Below, in pieces: positions 57,380 to 64,000 of a stretch of DNA of 64,000 nt. Position 1 is the first letter of the stretch, and every line of letters starts with the position of its first letter. Made by a program: the position numbers and the translations under genes. The DNA is from Macrostomum hystrix (lineage: Eukaryota; Animalia; Platyhelminthes). The stretch lies in the NCBI GenBank assembly GCA_950097015.1, contig CATNEN010000003.1:13640001-13704000 (forward strand). Direction: 5' to 3'. The notes below the pieces were generated by a model. That model did not search any database. It was given only the letters and a program-made list of their open reading frames with translations, and was not told where the DNA came from.

Positions 57380-58580
57380 CTCTCTCTCTCTATCACTCGT
57401 TCCAAATATCTTGTTCACTATCACTTGTTCACTCTCTCTCTTGTTCACTATCTCTAGTTCACTCTCTCTCTCTCTTGTTCACTCCCTCTCTCTCTCTTGT
57501 TCACTCTCTCTAGTCCACTCTCTCTTGTTCACTCTCTCTTGTTCACTCTCTCTCTTGTTCACTCTCTCTCTCTTGTTCACTCTCTCTAGTCCACTCTCTC
57601 TCTCTTGTTCACTCTCTCTAGTCCACTCTCTCTTGTTCACTCTCTCTCTTATTCACTCTCTCTAGTTCACTATCTCTAGTTCACTATCTCTAGTTCACTA
57701 TCTTTAGTTCACTCTCTCTCTCTTGTTCACTCCCTCTCTCTCTCTTGCTCACTCTCTCTCTCTCTCTCTCTTGTTCACTCTCTCTAATCCACTCTCTCTC
57801 TCTAGTTCACTATCACTTGTTCACTCTCGCTCTTGTTTACTCTCTCCCTCTCTCTAGTTCACTCTCTCTCTAGTTCACTCTCTCTCTAGTTCACTATCTC
57901 TAGTTCACTCTCTCTCACTCCCCTAGTTCACTCGCTCTTGTTCACTCTCTCTAGTTCACTATCTCTAGTTCACTCTCTCTAGTTCACTATCTCTAGTTCA
58001 CTCTCTCTCTCTCTTGTTCACTCTCTCTCTTTTGTTCACTATCTCTTGTTCACTCTCTTTTGTTCACTCTCTCTTGTTCACTCTCTCTAGTTCACTATCT
58101 CTAGTTCACTCTCTCTCACTCCCCTAGTTCACTCGCTCTTGTTCACTCTCTCTTGTTCACTCTCTCTAGTTCACTATCTCTTGTTCGCTCTCTCTCACTC
58201 CCCTAGTTCACTCGCTCTTGTTCACTCTCTCTAGTTCACTATCTCTAGTTCACTCTCTCTAGTTCACTATCTCTAGTTCACTCTCTCTCTCTCTTGTTCA
58301 CTCTCTCTCTTTTGTTCACTATCTCTTGTTCACTCTCTTTTGTTCACTCTCTCTTGTTCACTCTCTCTTGTTCACTCTCTCTTGTTCACTCTCTCTTGTT
58401 CACTCTCTCTTGTTCACTCTCTCTTGTTCACTATCTCTAGTTCACTATCTCTAGTTCACTCTCTCTAGTTCACTCTCTCTAGTTCACTCTCTCTTGTTCA
58501 CTCTCTCTTGTTCACTCTCTTTTGTTCACTCTCTCTTGTTCACTCTCTCTTGTTCACTCTCTCTTGTTCACTCTCTCTTA
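57380..58580. repeat. ~14-bp CT-rich minisatellite (CTTGTTCACTCTCT)
   Basis: Tandem array seen directly. Confidence 0.93.
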
Positions 58581-58815
58581 TTCAAGCTTCTGCTGCTACT
58601 CCCACCCAGTTCAACTGTTGTCAAATATTATCATAGATTTTTACAGGCAAACACTAAGCTCAGCATAATTCCATATTTTCGTATCAGTAATGCAGTGATT
58701 GTGAGTCCCCCCTCTCTCTGATTCGTCCTGTATATAAGTTCCCAGTTGCAGTTGAATATCAATCTCAAACACAGAATCAGCTAATATCAAGCAAATCAAA
58801 CCGCTATTATTGTTC

Positions 58816-60355
58816 ATGGCGCTACGTAGATGTCACAGACTTTGTAACGTTATTGGCTTAGCCAAAATAGTATTCCTCACCTGTGTCTCATTGATTGCCT
58901 GCGGTCTAATAGTAGTCAGCATTCTTGGCTACATCATCATTCTTCCCTACTACAGAGAAGCTCAGTTTCAACGAGCTAATTGTCAGTATCTGGGTGAGGA
59001 CTTGCGCTACTGTATGCGTAACGACCGAGAGAGCTACGGCTACCTGTGCAAATGGGAGAAGTGCCGATTCCCGTGCTACCTGGTGCGAGTGAATGTGTCT
59101 GAATTGTCAACGCCTGGTCAACTGTTCGAAAACTATCTCACCTTTGCTGATATGTACCAGGTCAGAGCGAAATTGGTTGAAACTGGCGCTTATTCGCTTA
59201 TTCCTCCCCTGCCTCATCTATAGCCCTCTCCCGTGTTTCATCTCTCCCCTGTCTCATCCCTCCCTGTCTTATCTCTCCCGTGTCTTATCTCTCCCCTGTC
59301 TTATCTCTCCCGTGTCTTATCTCTCCCCTGTCTCATCCCTCCCTGTCTTATCTCTCCCCTGTCTTATCTCTCCCCTGTCTTATCTCTCCCGTGTCTTATC
59401 ACTCCCCTGTCTCATCCCTCCCTGTCTTATCTCTCCCCTGTCTTATCTCTCCCCTGTCTTATCTCTCCCCTGTCTTATCACTCCCCTGTCTTATCTCTCC
59501 CCTGTCTTATCTCTCCCGTGTCTTATCTCTCCCCTGTCTCATCTCTCCCCTGTCTTATCTCTCCCCTGTCTTATCTCTCCCCTGTCTTATCTCTCCCCAG
59601 TCTAAGCTCTCTCCTTATCTTATCTATCCGTCTTTATTATTTCTCCCCCATAATTTCTCTGCCTCATCTCTCCTATCGCACCTCTCATCTCCATGTCTTA
59701 CTCCACAGTCAATGCAGCCTCACTTTCGTTTTAATTAGATTCTCTCTTCCGTCCGCGAGGTACATAAGCCTGCTGATCCCTCTGACTTGTCTTATCAGCG
59801 TACACAAAGTTATTGCCTCTCTTCCCCCACTGTACATTCTCTGTTCTGAGAGAATCATCCTATTGGCACAGAGGAATGGAGGAGGGTTGACCTCTCACCC
59901 CCTCATCCCAACGATGTACGCTCAAACGTACATTACAAGCTTCTCCCTAACGCTATCTTCAGCTTCTTTATCTCGAATGTACACTCTAAATAATTTCTTA
60001 CCCTGAATGTACACTCTTTTTTCGCTTCCCTCCTTTCAATCGATCGCCCAAAATACAGGAGGGCTGCAGCTCTTTACCATGTTTACCCGAAGGCTCCGAG
60101 AATGTCGAAATGACTCGCCGCTACATTCACACATTGAGGCGTCGACAGAATTTCACCTGCTATTTTCGCGATCCCGCGGTGTCTAACGACTCAAAGAGAT
60201 CGGTCCTGCTCACGAAAATCTACTCAAAGAAGCAAGCTCTGCATTGCGCGATTTGGCCATCCTTAGCTGTGCTGATCGGCTCCATTGTACTGATTGGCAC
60301 ACACTACTGCGCCGGTTGTACAGTTTGGACTCAAGATAAAACTGTCATTGCTTAA
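58816..60355 (+). CDS. BK/Ca-activated K+ channel beta-subunit-like 2-TM protein, paralog A (213 aa, 2 coding exons)
   Basis: Exons 58816-59160 and 60059-60355 (phase 0, GT-AG). TM1, then a Cys-rich loop with FPCYLVRVN, LFEN, CSSLPC, NFTCYF and VLLTKIY, then LHCAIWP-TM2. This matches the KCNMB/CaKB pattern (YPCLQVxVN, CSYxP, FxCY, LFWP). Confidence 0.82.
59226..59600. repeat. 16-bp minisatellite (CCCCTGTCTTATCTCT)
   Basis: Tandem array; the unit is nearly the same as that at 21020-21810. Confidence 0.93.
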
Positions 60356-60469
60356 TGCTCATGGTCGACTTATTATATAGTTTACTCCTTCTGTACTCAA
60401 AATAGTTATTTGCGTGACAACCATATTGAGATTTGAGTTTTTCTAGATTCACAGGATTATACATTATCT

Positions 60470-61080
60470 GGTTTGTACATTCCCAGGATCGTACGTTCAC
60501 TGGATTGTACATTAAATGGATTGTAAACTCGATGGATTGTACATTCCCAGGATCGTACGTTAACTGGATTGTACATTAAATGGATTGTAAACTCGATGGA
60601 TTGTACGTTCACTGGATTGTACATTCACTGGATTGTACATTAAATGGATTGTAAACTCGATGGATTGTACGTTCACTGGATTGTACATTAAATGGATTGT
60701 AAACTCGATGGATTGTACATTCCCAGGATCGTACGTTAACTGGATTGTACATTAAATGGATTGTAAACTCGATGGATTGTACGTTCACTGGATTGTACGT
60801 TCACTGGATTGTACATTCACTGGATTGTACGTTCACTGGATTGTACGTTCACTGGGTTGTACGTTCACTGGGTTGTACGTTCACTGGGTTGTACGTTCAC
60901 TGGGTTGTACGTTCACTGGGTTGTACGTTCGACTGGATTGTACGTTAACTGGGTTGTACCATCACTGAGGTGTACATTCACAGGATTGTACGTTTGCTGG
61001 ATTGTACGTTAACTGGGTTGTACCTTCACTGAGGTGTACATTCACAGGATTGTACGTTTGCTGGATTGTACGTTAAATGG
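60470..61080. repeat. 16-bp-based minisatellite (TTGTACGTTCACTGGA)
   Basis: Tandem array between the two convergent paralogs. Confidence 0.92.
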
Positions 61081-61179
61081 ATCTGTATATTAACCTGTAA
61101 AACAAATAATGGGGTTTTAAAAGTTGAAGTGGAAATCACAAATACGACTAATTGCTTGCTGCAAGTATTCGATTGATTT

Positions 61180-61827
61180 ATTATAATTTAAAACTCCTGC
61201 CCTAATTTTGCAGCCGACAGCACAGCCGCAGCTATTGCGTGGCTGCGTAAGGCTGTTCAGTCCATGGACTGGGGAAACGCCACACCCACCCTCAATTAAC
61301 CCAGCTAATGCTGGTACCCATTTAACAGCTGGGTGAACTGAGCCAGTGAATGCTTAAGTGTCTCGCTAGGGTGGGGGTCGGTGGCAGAGCGGTTAACGCG
61401 TTTGCCTCTCGCACCAAGGTCTTTAAGTTCGATTCCACATTCATTTGAGGCGCAGCCGCGGAGAGAAGGCTTGGGAGCTTGTCGTGTAATTTAAGCCCTT
61501 GAGGGCCAACCTCCAAGGCACAGTGAAATGTGCACTGCCTGACAATGAGAAAGTCAGGCCAGATGTACACACCTGTGAGAGCGTGTGCCTGTGTACAGTA
61601 TCTGTGTGCGTGTGAGCTCAAGAGTCAGCGAAATGGGCAGAATTGCCACCTCGCTGGCTGCGGGTCTAGTGTCACTGAATGATGTGCCATTGCCCGCAGC
61701 CCTCCTGCAATTATTATTATTATTATCAAGTGTCTCGCTAAACGACACAAACTTTTACAGTCGAGTCGGGAATCGAACCCCCGACCTTCAAGTCGTGAGT
61801 CCGATTCTCTTATCACAATAAGGCTAC
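61180..61827 (-). mobile_element. tRNA-derived SINE, family 3 (Nin/Deu-domain-like), split by a family-2 insertion
   Basis: Minus-strand head GTAGCC...GAAGGTCGGGGGTTCGATTCCCG, then TGTGTCGTTTAGCGAGACACTTAA...CTCAGTTCACCCAGCTGTTAAATGGGTACC, resembling the Nin/Deu central domain once the nested element is removed. Confidence 0.75.
61369..61727 (+). mobile_element. tRNA-derived SINE, family 2, copy 2
   Basis: A box TGGCAGAGCGG, B box GTTCGATTCC, (ATT)n tail, and a perfect 13-bp TSD AAGTGTCTCGCTA at 61356-61368 and 61728-61740. Confidence 0.93.
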
Positions 61828-62097
61828 AACCACATAGTGCTTACTATAAGTAGGAGCGATGAAATGAATAGCTTTTTTAAGCAGCGCACATTTTTTCTTT
61901 ACGTTAAATTTATTGATTTTTTAATTTTATATCGTTAAACGTTAACAAAAAGCGGTTTGTTTTTTATTGTCTTGTTAAAATAAGTCATACCTAAATTATT
62001 AATAAGTCTATTGGATAGACAATAAAACTACCCCATTTCTGAGATCTCGCAGGCATGCGTTTTTTTAATTAAAACAAGACTTGTTGTTAAACAGATG

Positions 62098-63037
62098 TCA
62101 AGCTATGACGGTCTTGTCCTGTGTCCACACAGTGCAGCCAGCGCAGTGATGAGTGCCAATTAGCACAATCGCACCTACTGACACGGCAAAGGCTGGCCAA
62201 ATTGCACAATGCTGAGCCTGCTCCTTGGAATAGATCCTAGTTAACAGTACAGTTTTTTTCGGATCCTCGGCCAGTCCGCGAAAGTAGCAGGTGAAATTTC
62301 TGCGACGCCTCAGAGTGTGGATGTAGCGACGCGTCATTTCGACATTTTCAACCGCCTCCGGTAGGCACGGGGCTGTGCTGCAGTTTGTCTGGATTGATAG
62401 AATGGCTTGGCTGCACTTATGTTTGATATGTACATGAATCTTCTATTCCCAGTGTACAATATGGGTAAGAGATTTCAAAGGGTTTGGGTTGGTCATGTTG
62501 ACAGTGTACACTGCGGGTAAGAGATTTTAAGGGTTTGGGTTGGTCATGTTGACCAGTGTACACTGCGGGTAAGAGATTTTAAGGGTTTGGGTTGGTCATG
62601 TTGACAGTGTACACTGCGGGTAAGAGATTTATTGGGTTGGGCTGTCAGCTTTAAGTGTTATCAGTCACTGTACATAATTTTTGCAAATAAAAAAAAGCAC
62701 CAAATACCTTATCATGATCCAGATAGGTGAGATAGTTTTCATAGAGCACACCTGCTTGCGCCATGCCAGACACATTCACGTTAACCATGTAGCAAGGAAA
62801 GCTGCTTTTATCTTTTGCGCATTTGCTTTCGCAGTCAAAGATGCGCTTCATCTCTTCGCCAAGGTAGGCACACTTTGTCGGCAGAAATTGTGCCTCCTTG
62901 TAGTACGGCAGAATGATTAGGTAGGCTAGAATGCTGCCAACAATGATGCCGCATGTGATCAATGAGACACAGGTTAGGAAGACGTATTTGGCCAGGCCGA
63001 CTACATTGCACAGTTGATGGCATCGGCGAAGGGCCAT
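62098..63037 (-). CDS. BK/Ca-activated K+ channel beta-subunit-like 2-TM protein, paralog B (206 aa, 2 coding exons)
   Basis: Exons 63037-62708 and 62388-62098, with the same intron position and phase as paralog A. Motifs: DCESKC..SSFPCYMVNVN, LYEN, CSTAPC, NFTCYF, VLLTRIY, HCAIWP. Confidence 0.84.
62450..62640. repeat. ~52-bp minisatellite in the paralog B intron
   Basis: CAGTGTACACTGCGGGTAAGAGATTTTAAGGGTTTGGGTTGGTCATGTTGA, about 3.5 copies. Confidence 0.88.
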
Positions 63038-63664
63038 GGTGATTCTTTTATAACAGCTTTAGTTGTTCCTGTAAAATATTATGTACTCAAGGATGAAAAA
63101 TGTCCTTTCAACCGATTCTATCTAGGAGTACGAGTATAATTGAATATAGATTTACATTTTATACAAGTTTACGCAAAAATTCCAATGACTTTCCTATTCG
63201 GGATTTTTTCCCAATGGAATTTAGGATCGAAACAAAGTTTCTTTTTTAGAAATTTATTGCTTATTTTCTGCGAACAGTACAAATTGCTTCCAGCCAACGG
63301 AGCATGAATTATTATTTAACAAAATCACCCTAACAAATTTGTGCAAAAACTGTGAATTTTAAGGCAAGAATTCGTTTTACAACCTATTCCTAATCCCTAT
63401 AATTTGAAAGGGGAAAATATCCCCCTATCCCCACTCTCCAGATCTGCATTTATTGGCGTAGAATACTAGTGGGCCTTGCAAAAAGTCTAACAGATTTCCA
63501 ACACATAAAATGTTTAGTTTCTTTCGGAGCACCTTTTGTTAGACTTTTGTTCAACCCCGTGTCTTTTTCTAAAGACGGACTTGGAAAACGAAGAGTCTTA
63601 AAAAAAAGAAGGTAAGAAAATATATGCTGTTATTTACTAAGAGGCTTTTCCAGTTCAACTAATA

Positions 63665-64000
63665 AACAGGTTCATCGTACTGTCTAACAGGTTCATCTGT
63701 CTAACAGGTTCATCGTACTGTCTAACAGGTTCATCGTACTGTCTAACAGATTCATCGTACTGTCTAACAGGTTCATCGTACTGTCTAACAGGTTCATCGT
63801 ACTGTCTAACAGGTTCATCTGTCTAACAGGTTCATCGTACTGTCTAACAGGTTTATCTGTCTAACAGGTTCATCTATCTAACAGGTTCATTGTACTGTCT
63901 ATTAGGGTTATCTGTCTAACAGGTTCATCCTACTGTCTAACAGGTTCATCGTACTGTCTAACAGGTTCATCTGTCTAACAGGTTCATCGTACTGTCTAAC
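63665..64000. repeat. 21-bp minisatellite (TCTAACAGGTTCATCGTACTG), running off the window end
   Basis: Tandem array seen directly. Confidence 0.93.

Noticed and set aside
61369-61440. tRNA genes at the SINE heads (also 1848-1917, 30545-30612 and 61765-61827)
   Set aside because: They have A/B boxes but no complete cloverleaf or acceptor stem, and they continue into SINE bodies with tails and, in most cases, TSDs.
61625-61710. HDV-ribozyme-like string GCCACCTCGCTGGC (GCCTCCCCGCTGGC in the other copy) in SINE family 2
   Set aside because: It resembles P3/L3, but there is no upstream P1 strand (the complement lies downstream) and no GG J1/4. Two simple hairpins (CAGCG..CGCTG and GGCTGCGGG..CCCGCAGCC) explain the sequence.

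Overview
This is eukaryotic (metazoan) genomic DNA with canonical GT-AG introns. The AT-rich introns packed with minisatellites and the CAG/polyQ-rich exons suggest a free-living flatworm such as Macrostomum, but that is inference only. Four protein-coding genes could be reconstructed exon by exon. (1) ALIX/PDCD6IP lies on the minus strand (8 coding exons, 862 aa). (2) A divergently transcribed RIMS-binding protein gene (RIM-BP; coiled-coil, SH3, 3xFN3, SH3, SH3) spans ~42 kb on the plus strand (21 core exons, ~1821 aa). (3,4) Two convergent paralogous 2-TM genes resemble BK-channel beta subunits (KCNMB/CaKB family). RIM-BP intron 1 holds an intact, very young Ty3/gypsy LTR retrotransposon with matching 261-bp LTRs, an ACTT TSD, a tRNAi-Met PBS and a -1 gag/pol overlap. 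Three tRNA-derived SINE families (one copy nested in another), a hAT/Charlie-type MITE and more than 20 different minisatellites are also present. The most unusual feature is a 2.2-kb in-frame exon inside RIM-BP (50366-52582). It encodes 11 copies of an unrecognised ~45-50 aa repeat, an Ala/Glu helix and an 11-mer amphipathic tail. It appears to be an alternative terminal exon that would replace the two C-terminal SH3 domains.
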